Shown: piece by piece, positions 1 to 13,053 of the stretch | Layout: each line of letters starts with the position of its first letter | How positions within the stretch are numbered: position 1 is the first letter of the stretch | Source: Amoebidium appalachense | Lineage: Eukaryota > Protista > Ichthyosporea | Reading direction: 5' to 3' | NCBI GenBank assembly: GCA_963693365.1 | Contig: CAVNZM010000006.1 | Location: forward strand, 11,535,355-11,599,354 | Length of the DNA: 64,000 nt | Notes under the pieces: generated by a model | Seen by the model: only the letters and a program-made list of their open reading frames with translations | Told to the model about the DNA's origin: nothing | Databases searched by the model: none | Translations under genes and position numbers: made by a program

Positions 1-187
1 TCCGTGCACATGGGCGCCCTCGAGTCCATCGACCAGCACCACAACATGTGGTAGGTGGCCTTGGCTGCTGCTGCTGGTGGCGGTGGTGGTGGTGTGTGTG
101 GTTGGGTGGGTGAGTGGTGTGGTAGTGTGGTAGTGTTGGTGGGGGTGGTGGTGGTGGTGGTGTGCTGGTGTGCTGGTGCGTGTGCAT

Positions 188-223
<36 letters not shown>

Positions 224-1030
224 GTGTGCGTGTGTGTGTTTGGGGGGGAGGGGGCGGGGAGGGGGGCACAAAGTGGTGGTGACCCTCAAAGCTGAGCAGT
301 AGACCGTGTGGATCAACCCCACCAGCTCACTACCCCCTTCCCGTCCTGCTCATGTGAGCGTGCATTCCAATATCTGTTCTGCAACACGCTCCAAATATGC
401 TGTATACACATGCGAAGGGGGAGGAGGAAAAAAATGCTGAAGATTAGGGGTGCACGAGGAAATTCATCAGGCACACCCATTCACACCACCTCTTGTCCTC
501 CCAATACAACAGCTGACCCCTTTCCCAGTTTTGGTGCGCAGGTATCGTCAGGTGTGTTCGATCACCCCGCAGGCATGGGCCAGGCCTTTACTGGGCGCTG
601 GGGAGTGGATGTGACGTTGTTGGCTGAGGCCGAACGCAAGTGGGTGGCCGGGGCACAGCGCTACCCCCTGGTCATCCTCGTGCAGACGGTGGACAAAGGT
701 GGGTGTGGCCTCAAGCCCACCACTCAGTCTGAGAGCTATTAAGCATGTGGGGTGGGCACATGGAGATCAAAGGGAACGGAACGTAGGGTGGACCTTGCCG
801 TGTCAGTGCATGCCCTTGCAGCATGACAAGCACTAACCAGCACCACCTGCAGACATCCCTACGCACATTGGCAGGTCTCTACATGCACACTCAAATGCAC
901 GTACGCCTACACACGCACACGTGTGTACCCGTGCATCCATGTATGCACCCACACACACGTGCATCCGAACACAAACACACACAAACACGGCACATGCACA
1001 GACAAACACACAGACACAGACACACACACA

Positions 1031-1072
<42 letters not shown>

Positions 1073-1172
1073 TACACACTCACACTCACACACACACGCA
1101 CACACAACACGGTCACTCTCACACACACACAAACACACTCACACACATCTAGCATATATAACACACACATAC

Positions 1173-1220
<48 letters not shown>

Positions 1221-2149
1221 GCACGCACGCACACACGCACGCACGCACATACACAGATCCACGCCTCGTGCAGAGTGTTGCGACCATTTGCTCGTTTGAG
1301 GAGTCTTCCACCGGTGCCCTCTCTCTGACTGTCCACAAGCAGAAATTCAGTGTATGCAGCCCCTTGCCCCACATATCCTCGCCTGTCACATGTTAGGGTT
1401 CTGCTGCTGAATCTTGAGGATTCGTGGCTGCATCGGCACAACCTTGCATTGATTAAACAATGACGTGTGTGTGGGTGTGTGTGGGTGTGTGGGTGGGTAG
1501 GTAGTTAGGTAAGTGGGTGGAAGGGTGTGGTTGGGTGGGTGTGGGTGTGGGCGTGGGCATGGGGATGGTCTTTCTGCCGTCTGTGTGGTGCGAGTGTGTG
1601 TGTGTAAGGGCATCGCTCTGTTGGTGTTTGTGTAAGGAGGATGCTTCGGCGTGCATTTTGTGTGGGTGTGTGCACAGCAGGTGTATGCGTGTAGGGAACC
1701 TTGAGGCCTGTATGCATGGGGGGGGGGGGGCCTTCGAGGTGTGTTTGCATACCAACCGAACTTGGTGTGTGGCTGTGTGTAAGGGGATATACCGATCGCC
1801 CTCCATGTGTTGCTGTGTGCTGATCACCCTGCACGGGCAGGCGCACGGCACGTCGTACATGCTGCAGGAGCTGTACGGCATCGAGGCCACGGGGGAGGGT
1901 GCGGAGGCCGAGGTAGACGAGGACCAGGCCGACTGCATCGTGTGCATGTGCGAGCCACGGGACACGGCCGTGCTGCCCTGCCGCCACCTGTGCCTGTGCC
2001 ACGACTGTGCAGACGTACTGCGCCACCAGGCCGGCAAGTGCCCCATCTGCAGGGCGCCCTTCCACTCGCTGCTGCAGATGAGCGTGGCCAAGCAGCGCCT
2101 GCAGAGCAATCTGGAGCATGCCGAGGGTGCAGAGGTGTGCTGCTTGTCT

Positions 2150-2191
<42 letters not shown>

Positions 2192-2952
2192 GGGGCTTGC
2201 AGCATGCAGAGGGGCTGGCTGGGGACCCGGTGGGGTCATGGAGGGGTTGGTGAGTGGCCTGCTCTGTGCACGTGCAGATGCATGGCTGCACGTGCAGGTC
2301 AGGCATTGGTCCGGCTGGTGGTCACACATGTGCACAGCCTGTGGTGCTGGGTGGGAGAAGCTGGGGGGCTGTAGGGGTTGTGGATGTGTGTGTGTGCTAT
2401 TTGATGTGTGTGTGTACTATTTGATGTGTGTGTGTACTATTTGATGTGTGTGGTGCTAATATTATTTGATGTGTGTTGTGCTGACTTTAACGTGTTACAG
2501 GTGAGGGAGGCCCTTGGGGAGCGCTACCACTGTGTGCCCATAGTCAACAGTGCCCAGCCAGTCACCGTCGAGCTTAGGTCCCCCCCACCCCCCGCACCCC
2601 CCGAGACCACTGTGGATGTGGAGGAGGAGCAGCACGTGGCAGCCAGCAGCATGCAGCTCAGCACGGCATACAGCGAGATCGAGCTGTGTGCCCTGGCAAG
2701 GTGCGCACTGACTGGTGGGCCCTGTCACACGGGGGGGGGGGGGGGGGGGGAGGGGGGGGAGGTGTCTGACCGAATAGTCACAACCAAAAATTTTAACGTG
2801 GAATTGCGGATCCAATCTGCGGATCCAATCAATCGGCTCACTTTTTTTAAAGTGGAATTGCGGATCCAATCGGCATATTAGATTTGATTTTAACCGATTC
2901 CCGGCCCAGTCCAGCGGTTGTGACTATTTGGCCCTATGGGAGGGAGAGAGGG

Positions 2953-2986
<34 letters not shown>

Positions 2987-3279
2987 GGGGGGGGGGGGGG
3001 GGGGGGCAATGCTGGCCAGGGTGCCTCTAGCCATCCTCAAACTTTCTAGTTCTCTGGTGCTAATGATAGCAAGTGTGTGGCTGTGGGTTGCTAAGTGTGG
3101 GTGGTGTGTCGGTGTCCGTTGCTAAATATAGCAAGTGTACGCCAGCATGTGTTGCTAAATATAGCATGTGTGCCAGCATGTGTTGCTAAACATAGCGCGT
3201 GTTGCTAAATGTAGTGTTTGTGCACAGGGGCCGCACCAGCTCTTCCAAAGCCAAGGTTACCCCCACCACAGCCACTACA
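1..3279 (+). CDS. MGRN1/RNF157/LOG2-family RING E3 ubiquitin ligase, 5' end outside window, last exon uncertain
   Basis: Phase-consistent GT-AG exons 1-50, 529-698, 1257-1351, 1841-2134, 2501-2700, 3228-3279. Encodes [22 protein letters not shown] and the [44 protein letters not shown] typical of this family. A terminal exon probably lies at ~3416-3573. Confidence 0.9.
2773..2928. mobile_element. MITE-like element in an intron of the RING gene
   Basis: Perfect 13-bp terminal inverted repeats AATAGTCACAACC (2773-2785) and GGTTGTGACTATT (2916-2928); three internal GCGGATCCAATC copies; no clear TSD. Confidence 0.7.
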
Positions 3280-3728
3280 GTACGTAACCCCCCCCCCCCC
3301 CCCCCCCCCCCCCTCCCCCTCTCCCCCACGCTCTCCCCCCTCCCCCTTCTTTCCTGTGCATAAACACAAAAGTGAAACTTAAAATCCCCACATCCCAGGG
3401 ATTTAACTGTGGCAGGACCTGCACGATATATCCCTGTCTGCCCTTGCATGTTATTGCTGCTGCAACAGATGCACCAAGGTGTTTTGTGCGCCTTGAGGGA
3501 AACCATGGCTGGGTTTACTAAGTCATGGCCCTGTGGTGGACCCGATAAGACCACCAACCCACGTACCAATTAGGAACTCATCAGATAATGGTATTGTGTT
3601 GTTAATGAGTGGACCATGGGCATATGGATGCTGACACTGGGCCAATGGGGTGCAGCCGTCGCGCATGGAGCTCAAAACCATAGACCTGGACAGCGATGAC
3701 GAGGACCCTGCAAATGGTGCCGCCCATG

Positions 3729-3814
3729 TGTAGCCAATAGGATGGCTGCGTTAGTGTGTGTAGCCAATGGATGGGCTGTGTTATGTTGTGTAGCCAATAG
3801 GTTGGCTGCGTTGG
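3729..3814. repeat. 30-bp tandem repeat, 3 copies
   Basis: TGTAGCCAAT(A/G)G...GGCTG(C/T)GTT starting at 3729, 3759 and 3789. Confidence 0.75.
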
Positions 3815-4012
3815 GCCGGAGGTGCGTGCTGGGGGGGAGGAGGGTTGTGGCCCCTCCAGATGCATTTCGATTGAGGGCTGCCACATGTGCAGCTGCAGAC
3901 AGACGGAGCTGCTGGTGGCAGCAAGAAACACATGGCACGAATGAAGTGGCTAATATTAGGCAGAGAGGCATAGGAGTTACACAGGGGTGCTTGCAAGTGC
4001 ATGAGCGGCAGG

Positions 4013-4050
<38 letters not shown>

Positions 4051-4483
4051 GCCAACACAACGCAAGTCGTATGCAAATGTGCAAAACTATGTAGGAGTTG
4101 AATTGACCGTTTATGCATAGAGGTTATATTTCGACGGGTAATGCATGTGCACACCAGGCGCCGAACACATAGTGGCGCACACACATCCTGAACTGAATGA
4201 GTTTATACATTTGCTGGGCAACAAGAGGATTTAGCGGGTTTCAAAAACTTTCACTAGTTTATATTTGCAACCGTGGTCTTACTTGCTATGTTCTCATAAT
4301 AGGTATTCTAACTATTTCTGTACAACTTGGCCTTGTGGGCTGGCCACGTATTTTGGTAGCGCTCTTACAAAGAGCATCATCATGTCTCGATTGCAGTGGA
4401 GTCAATAAATAGACGACGTTCGTTATGTACATGTGTGGGTGGACGTCAGATTCCCTCCCCCCCCCCCCCAAAACCAACCAACC

Positions 4484-4526
<43 letters not shown>

Positions 4527-4614
4527 AAAGAAAGAAAGAAAGAGACATTTGCAAAGAGACGTGTGACCATCTTGTGCCGGCAGCCAACACTCACTGCAGA
4601 TTATCAGTGCCCAC

Positions 4615-5816
4615 CTACGTCATTCTTGGTGGGCGGGGGGGCACCTTTGGGGCGATATCCTCCAGATCATCGTACTGGTGGGTGGGGTTAGGCAGCTGGG
4701 AGATGTCATAGTAGCCCCCCGTGTCCTTCCTGGCCAGGTTTTCGTACTCTCTGGCCTCACGGGGCAGTGATACCAGCTCCGACACGCCCGATGGCTGCCT
4801 TGTGGCGGGCATGGAGTGCTTGCCCTCGTAGGTGGCCTGGCCCTGTGCCTTGCTAATGTCCTCCCCCTCCTTTGCTGCTGGTTGCAGGGCCGTGTTGGGC
4901 TCCTGGTAGTGGTGGTGGGCCGCATTTGGCCGCCTGCGTCTGCCCTGCAGGTCCACGCGGCTGTAGTTGCTGCCCAGACTGGCCGTGCCGCTGCCCTGCT
5001 TGCCCTTGCCTGGCCCCACGTCCATGTACTCTGTAGGGAGCCCCCCGCCTGCATATGCTCCCCGTTACCATGTGCACACCTTCCGGTAGAACCCCCCCCT
5101 CCCCCCCCCCCCCCCCCTCCCCCGCGCCCACACACACACCTCACCCCCCCACCCTCCAGAAACATAAGAGCACGACAAACACATACACCCACCATTGCAT
5201 GCACGCACAAGTAAACCGTCCACCCACCCACCGACCACTGAACCCACGCATGCCCCCAGGCCACCCACCTACTGTAACGACCTGGTGCCTGTTTCTGACC
5301 AGGGCAGCCAGCATGTCCCAGGGCAGCACTGCCCCCACCCTCTCCCCCGCATTGACCGTCTGCTGCAGGTAGGGCCCCAGCACCCCAGCCCCCAGCCCCA
5401 GCCCCTGCGCCGTCTCGGCATCCACGTACAGCCCGTCGACCCGCGGGCCACCCGGGAACACGTAGCTACCCGACCCGGCAGCAAGGTCCACGTCCACATA
5501 GCCGTGGTCGTCCGTGCGGTCCTGCCGCTGTGGTGATGTGTGAGTGATGCAGGCAAAGGGGTGTAGGCAGACAGGCAGGAAAAGGGATGAACGGGTGCAC
5601 TGCCAGGCAGGCAGGCAGGCACACGCACACACAGGCACGCACACCCAGGCACAGGCACGCATACACACACCCAAACACCGACATACACACACACGCAGGC
5701 AGGCACACACAAACACAGGCAGGCACACACACACACACAGGCCCAGGCACACACACAGGCAAGTACACACACACACAGGCAGGCACACACACAGGCAAGT
5801 ACACACACGCAGACAG

Positions 5817-5857
<41 letters not shown>

Positions 5858-7821
5858 CAGCACGCACCGTTGCCGTGTCCTGCCTCTCCATGAGTGCATC
5901 CAGCAGCTCATCCCTGTTATCGCACCCAACAAACAGCCCGGCCAGGGCCTGTGCAACGGCCACAAACTCGGGCCGGGCCGCAGGGTCCTCCTGCCAGCAC
6001 TGTAGCATCACCTCAAACACGCTGATTGGGCAGCCGGCTGGGCAGGCCAGACGCACACCACGTCGGAGCTCCTGGGGGGGAGAGGGGGGGGGGGGGGGGG
6101 GGGGGGGAGGGGAGGGGAGATGAGTACGAAGCAGGGGGTTTATTAGAGGTTGGTGAAGGTTTGGGGTGTGCTGTGTGCACGGCTTAGCTAGTGATGCTGC
6201 AAAGGGGCGGAGGGTGGTGGTGTTGAGAGGCATGGGGGGGGGTAATAGTGTGGCGAGGTGCACTGGGGGGTAATAGTGTTGTGGTGTGCATTGCAGGGTG
6301 GCACTGCCCTGCGTACCGAGTACATATCCTGCAGGCGCACGTCCTTGTACGGCAGCTGGCCGTCGGCATAGACCTCCCACAGGGTCACCCCGTAGGCCCA
6401 GATGTCCGTGGCCGGCGTGTAGCGCCGCTGGGCCAGGGCCTCTGGGGCCTGCCAGCGCACAGGTACGAGGGTGTTCTTGGAGCTGTGGCCCACACGGTAG
6501 TACGTGTCCTCACCAAGCGCCCGGGACATGCCAAAATCGCTGATCTTGCACACGGGGTAGCCTGCAGGTTGGGGTTAGACAGGGCACACACAGGGCAGGG
6601 AACGGCAAGGACAGCCACAGGCACAGGCACGTCAGAGAGGGGGAGGAGGGAAGAGAGTGAGGAGGGAAGGCACAGGCAGGCACGTACCGTATGTGCCTGG
6701 CACGGGGTGTGTGAGCAGCACGTTCCTAGCGGCCAGGTCCCTGTGCACGATGCCGGCCATCTGCAGGTACACCATGCCCTGGGCTATCTGGTGCCCGTAC
6801 CAGGCCCGCTCCCCCTGGCTGGGCGGGTTTGTCTTTGCCCGTGTGCGCAGCACGGTGGCCAGGTCGCCCAGTGCCATGTACTCGAGCAGCACGTAGTGCC
6901 TGACTGGATCCGTGTCACTGCTGACCCCCAAGAACCGCACGATGTTGACAAACGACAGACGGCACATCAGCTCGGCCTCCTTGTTGAACTCCTGAAAACC
7001 AACACTGTTGGTCTGTGCTCGTTCATTCCCACCTACCCTTGCCCCCCCCCCCCCCCTCTCCCAACCACCACCCCCACCCACCCAAATACCACCACCACCA
7101 CCACTCACCCACCACCCCCATCCCCGACCATGCAAAATACTATAGCCCAATACCTCCACCCCCCCACCGTGCACGCACCTCGACCTGGTCCTGGGATGCG
7201 CCCTTGAGGACCTTTATGGCCACCAGGGTGTTGACCCCCCCCACAAACAGGGCGCCCTTGTGCACGGCCCCAAACTGGCCCTCGCTGATCTTCTCGAGCT
7301 GCACAAACGTGCTGCGGTCGATGTGCCCCCCTGCCTGCCCACCTCCTCAAAGTGCTGCTGTGCCTCCCCGTAGGGCGCCAGCGGCAGGTCGTTGGGGATG
7401 GGCAGTGGCCAGCGCAGCAGCTGCTCCTTCCTAATTTGGTAGTACTTGCGCCCAAATATGGCGCACACTAGCAGCAGCAGCAGCACGGCACCCACGGCCA
7501 CCCCGATGATGACGTTGCGGTCCACCCCCTGCGACGCTGTCACCGTGTCTGTGGGCAGAGAGTCAGGCCCCTCTCTTGTTCGCACAATCCCCCTCCTCCC
7601 CCTCTCCCCACCCTTCCCCCAAAGCACCCTACTGCCAATGGACCGGCTGACAGGCCTCCACCCAATATCCAAACTGGCCCCATTGTGGTTGCTGTGCATG
7701 TGTGTGCAGTGTACAGGCAGTGGTCCAAGGCATGCACACGTGCATTGTGTGTGCCCACCCACGTGTGTGCCTCGTCATGTGTGCGCGCATGTACCTCTCC
7801 ACTGTGTGTATGTGCGCCCCC

Positions 7822-7861
<40 letters not shown>

Positions 7862-7863
7862 AC

Positions 7864-7905
<42 letters not shown>

Positions 7906-10900
7906 CGTGGGATTTTGCCACCCCCAATTTTGTGTGCGTATGCGCCCCTCCATGTGTGTATGTGACTCTTCTGGCGCACTCACCCAGCACAACCACACTG
8001 TCGTCCATGACTTGCACTGAGGCCAACCCCAACCCCAGCAGCACACTTGCATTCTGCGCCTGCCCCAGCATGGCCCTGAGCCGGGCCCTGGCCTCGACCC
8101 CCAGGCCGGCCGTGACCAGCCTGGTGCTGTTGGCCACACTGCTGTTGTGGGGGGTAGAGCCAAGCAGCTGGCCCAGGCTGGACGTGAGGGTGGTCAGGCC
8201 CGCAGCATCAATAGGTGCCTGCGTGGTGAACTGCACAACACCGTGCTGGCACGTGCCACCGTACCTGCCGAGGAGAGGGTGTTAGCACGTGCATGCCAGG
8301 TAGATAGGCGGGGGGGAGGGGGTATGGTGTATGGGGAGGCGGGAGGGTCGGGGCAGCAAGGGCCACTCACGTGTTGTTTGGGCACGTGGCACAGACCAGG
8401 TCTGAGGTGTTTGTGCACTGGCTGGCCACAGTGGCACACACAGTGGCGGGGGTGCATGGGGTGCAGGTGGTGGTGTTTGGGGTGTTGAAGTGGCCCCCTG
8501 CACATGCGCCCACAGGGCAGAAGCTGGTTGGGTCTGACTCGCTGCTGCACTGGCTGGCACGCTGCAGACAGTTGGCTGGGGTGGGGCACTGGGGGATAGG
8601 GTCAGCACAGGGGACCATGGTGGTTGGGTGGAATAGGCGGCACCGTGCGTGGTGTATTGTGTGCATCTATTAGTCCCGTATGCCCCATGCTGTCCGTGGC
8701 TGGGTTGATCCTGAGGCTACACCGCCACTCAGGTCTGTGTTTGCACAATGTGTGTGTGTGTGTCACTTGTGTGTGTGTTTCTTATGTGTATGTGTGTCCT
8801 TGTGTGTATATTTGCCTCACGGTGTGTATGGAATTGTTGTTGTGTATGTGTTTTCTTGCTTGGGTGTACATGTGGGCACCTGTGGGTGTGTTCTTGGCTG
8901 TATGTGTGTTCGTGAATATATGCGTGTCCTGGTGTATATAAGTGACATTGCTGTGCATGTGTTCGTGTGTGCATGTGTGTCTTGGGGTGTAGGTGTGTTA
9001 TTGTGTGTATGTCTTTGTGTATACATGTGTCCTAGTGTGTAGATGTGTGTCATTGTGTGTACCAGTGTGGACATACCAGACTTCCCCCCCCCCCCCCCCC
9101 CCCCTTCCGTCCACTCCTAGCCGATTGTGTAAAGCATTATGTGCCCATACCTCCTTGCACGTGTATCTGTTTGGCGTGCCGTCCACCTGTGTGGGGGCGT
9201 AGTACCCAGCAGCACACTGCTTGCACTTGCCCAGCACCAGCGATGCATTGGCCGCCTTGACACAGCCGTAGCCGCTGGCACTGGCACAGCCGCTGGGAGC
9301 TGGGCACACGGCACAGAACCCAATTGGCTGGGGGTTGGAGGCCGTGGTGGGGTAGGCCGACCAGGAGGAGATGTTGGTGTCGCAGCCATTCTGGGGGAGT
9401 GGGGGTGAGTGGGTGCAGCAGAGTCTAAGCATTAATTAAGCCAACACACTCGATTTAGGACTGACGGTACGTGCTTCACAGCCAGGCACACATAAACACA
9501 CACACACACACACACACACACCTCTGGGCAGCGCATCTGCAGGGTCACGTTTGTGCCCACGGTGGCCAGGCGCACGCACGTGGACCCGTTGACACAGCCT
9601 GTGTTTGTGGGGCAGGCCACGCACGTGCCGGGGTCTACGCCAGGGGCATTTGGGTAGTAGCCCGTGCGGCAGCGCATGCACAGGGGGGCCGTCTCGTTGT
9701 AGCACACCGAGTATGACGTCACACAGTTCTCGGCCACACACTCGCACGAGGCATTCCTCAGGCCCGGGGTGTTGCCGTTGCAGTAGAGGGCATCCATGTC
9801 GGCTATGCGGCTGTACCAGGCCCGGCCCTCAAGAAACACGTTTGCACAGCAGGCCAGGGGGTTGCCGGCCAGGTATATCTCGTTGAGCAGCGGGCTGTCG
9901 GCAAACAGGTCGGGGCTGAGGGCCGTCAGGGCGTTGCCGTAGCCCTGGGCCATGCTGTTGCTGAGGTCCAGCACCTGCAGCCGGGGCAGGGAGGCAAAGG
10001 CGCGGGGGGGCAGCGAGAGCAGGCCGTTGTCGTTGAGGCTGAGCTCCTGCAGCTGCGTGAGGTTGCGGAAGGCCCCCGCCCCCACCTTCATGTTGCCGGC
10101 AAACCCAAAGTTGCCCAGGTTGCTGCCCCCCAGCCGTCAGCAACAACCCCCGACACCACGGCAGGCTGCCACCACACACACCCGCTGCACCCACAGCCAC
10201 CTGCCATCCTACAGCTGGTTCCCCTGAACTCTGCCTTCCAGCCAACAGGCTAAAGATTCCCCCCCTCACCCCCCCCCCCCCCCCCAAAAAAAAAAAAAAA
10301 AACCCCCACCCAAACCTTTCGCCCCCCCCCCCCCCCCCCCCCCCCCCCTTCCCCTCCAATGCCCGTCTGCCTGCCTGGCCATGGCCTGTTGTCCTGTGGG
10401 TGGGGCACTCACATGCGTTTGATGTTTGCCCTGAAGTCCGGGTCCTGGAAGGCGTCAGGGTGTATGCTTGTGATGAAGTAGGGGCTGCCGTCGGGCTTTT
10501 TCAGCGCCGGCTCGAGGGCAGCATCCCTGCACGACAGGTTGTGAGCAGGGTGAAAGACACGAGCACTAGCAGTGTGCTCGGGTTGCAAAGATCCTGCCAC
10601 TGCATTGTTGTGTGACCTCGTCCCTGTGTCTGTGTTGCCTGCGTGCGTGGTTCTTACAACCAGTGCTTTGGCAAGCAGCAAACTGCCGCAGTACCCAGCA
10701 ATATGGTGGGCCAGGACTAGTGCTGAGCGCATTGCGGGTGTTGAGCAAGAAAGGTACCAATATCTTCTGCCCTCTTTTTTGATCTTTGCGCAGCCCTTCC
10801 TCTACAACCCTCCATCACGCCATCTCTCCTCCCCCCCCCCCCCCCCTCCCTTTCCCTTTCTTCCCCTGGACCTACAGTGAGCTGCAGACCGTGGGCAGCT

Positions 10901-11057
10901 GCAGCTTGTTTGCGGCGGGGCAGCGGCAGCTTCTGAGCTCGAGGCTGCGGCCGTCAGCCAGCGGGGCAAAGGTGCAGTTGAAGGGCAGTGACGTCACGAG
11001 GGTCTGCGCCGCCACAGAGGCTGCCAGCAGCAGGGGTAGGGCCGCACGTAGTGCCAT
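4615..11057 (-). CDS. Receptor tyrosine kinase: signal peptide, LRRs with C-terminal cap, Cys-rich repeats, TM helix, tyrosine kinase, Tyr-rich tail
   Basis: Exons 11057-10876, 10526-10413, 10122-9522, 9390-9151, 8588-8371, 8264-7984, 7548-7179, 6991-6688, 6561-6317, 6071-5868, 5527-5269, 5030-4615. Motifs: MALRAALPLLLAASVAA signal; LQELSLNDNGL, LQVLDLSN, IYLAGNPLACC LRRs; VIIGVAVGAVLLLLLVCAIF TM; EGQFGAV, VAIK, HRDLAARN, DFGMSR, PVRWQAPE, DIWAYG, CW..DP..RP. A 1-nt frameshift in the C6 run at ~7326-7331 must be corrected. Confidence 0.93.
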
Positions 11058-11611
11058 GGTGTAACAGTGGCTGCGTGCCTGGCCGTGTCTAAGTGCTTGT
11101 ACAACCCCAATAGTTGCCGTGGCTAAGTGTAATTAAGTGCTAATTGAAGGTGCAGGTAAACCGCAGCTTTCATGTATCCTTACTGCACACACACGAACAG
11201 GATACATGCATGAGTTATCTGTATGTGTGCTTCTTTTGTTTCCCAGCACCTGCAACAATAAGTAAGATGCAGCACTAACTAACAAACAGCGCTCATGTTC
11301 TCTGGCTGCTGCCCTCCAGCCATGGCCACCTAAATGAAACTCGAACACAAACAAAACTGCCAGTCTGCCGCGCCTCCGGCGAAGCTCCTGAGCGCATAGA
11401 ATGAGGCAGATGACCCAGACCTTGGGGCCCAATGGACTGGGTGAAATTTTGTTTTTAAGAAACCTGGATGGTACACAACATAGCACGTACTACGCTGTAA
11501 CACAATGATGATGTAAATCGTGTTGTTATTTTTCTGTTGGTCCGAACTTGGGCGTCACATTGATGAGCATCTATATGATTTTCCCTCAGTGTTCAGGTAT
11601 CTCAGTACTAG

Positions 11612-13053
11612 GGGGTTTACACACTTTTTATTGCGTGGACATTGCCGGAGGCCCAGCCACATTCGACGGCCTACTGCGTTTTCCAGCACAGCCAATCAAA
11701 TGCAGCCAGTGACATATGTACATGCTAGGCAACAATGAGCGCCATCGTAGTATCTGACACCCCTATTACATATTATGGGTAAGCAGATGCTAGCATCGGT
11801 AGCTCCGAAAGAAAGTTAAGGCACCGGATCACAATATCATACTGTGCAGCATTAATAAGGTGATCTAGGATAGTCATCTTAAAACGGATATATTGAGGAA
11901 GAGTGGAAGAAAAGAGAATAAAACCGCCAATAACCTCCGGTTCTAATACATTAGCTAACAGGTTGCATTTATGGATAGATATGCAGCCGCGAGTAAACCG
12001 CCCCCCACACATATTACACATACGAGCAGGAGACACCAGAAACCGATTACACCGCCAAGCCATAATCATCTTTGCGTTTTTACACCACACCACATTACGA
12101 ATAAACGAATCTATGTATGAACGAGACTCTCTAACCGTATCCGCCATATAGGCTACTAGTAGTTGGTGTTTTTGCGGTCCTAGCACCGGAAGGGACTCAA
12201 CACGTAGAGTAAAAAGATATCTATCAGCCATAGACTTGAAACTATTCATATTCACACTATGATCTAGCCGTACCTCCGGTAGGGCCTCACAGGGATTCAA
12301 TTAGAGCCCGTTTCGTTAAAAATTCCGCTGCCTAAAGCCGCTTAAATGGCTTTTAAAAATTAATCGACCCTTTTGATCACGCGCGGCGCTGCTTTCCAAA
12401 AAGATGTTCCCTCACTGGTTCTTTTTTTTTTGTTTATTCTTTATATTTACGCCGTAAAATGTTTTATTGAGCTATAATTATTATTTGTAACTATAAAAAG
12501 CACCTAACTGCGTTTTTGGGCGCATATAAGCTGAAAACTTAAAAACCTTCGTCTCCTAGGTTTACAACAGAAAGCATTTGCCCGCTAACAAATTCTACAT
12601 TGGCTAGATCTAGATCTCCAAAAAGAGACGGGTGAAAAAGAGCATTTGCCCTCCATCAAGTTCTGCAGGTTTACATTGGCTAGATCTAGATCCAGAACTT
12701 TCCCGGACAAATTTTATGGTGACAATCGACTCAGCCAATGAAAATCTGCGGTGGCTCTCATTTAGGACCGCCGTGAGGCCCCACCAGCGGCGGTCAAAAA
12801 TCTTTCAGTCTACAATGCGTTGTCCATTGAATGACGTAATTGATCGTGTAGTCTCTCGCGCGCGCGTCCGATCGAAGCCGAAATTTTAGGCTATCTCAGT
12901 ATGCACTTGTTACTAGATAACTCGTAAATTTTTATTGCCTCCAAAGTATGCCGTGCATACTTGCATATCTTTCCGTTGAATAAATCCAGTGCGCACTGAC
13001 AGACGTGGCTGGGCCTCCGGCAGTGTCCACGCAATAAAAAGTGTGTAAACCCC
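11612..13053. mobile_element. Non-autonomous DNA transposon with ~49-bp TIRs (MULE-like GGGGTTT termini)
   Basis: 11612-11660 (GGGGTTTACACACTTTTTATTGCGTGGACATTGCCGGAGGCCCAGCCAC) is the reverse complement of 13005-13053 with one mismatch. A diverged copy of the left end is at ~19375-19478. TSD not convincing. Confidence 0.85.
11773..12300 (-). pseudogene. 175-aa ORF fragment inside the TIR element, resembling the C-terminal zinc-knuckle region of a non-LTR retrotransposon ORF2
   Basis: WR...CNMCGGRFTRG...HKC...TILDHLIN pattern; AT-rich, intronless, no ATG start, upstream frames closed. Family call is from recalled pattern only. Confidence 0.4.

Noticed and set aside
7320-7345. Programmed frameshift or 8-nt micro-intron between the RTK juxtamembrane region and kinase
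   Set aside because: The shift lies in a 6-nt homopolymer, so a 1-nt sequencing error is far more likely; an 8-nt intron is too short for spliceosomal removal.
10620-10790. Structured intronic ncRNA (snoRNA-like) in RTK intron 1
   Set aside because: Only short stems and no clear C/D or H/ACA boxes; an Rfam scan would be needed.
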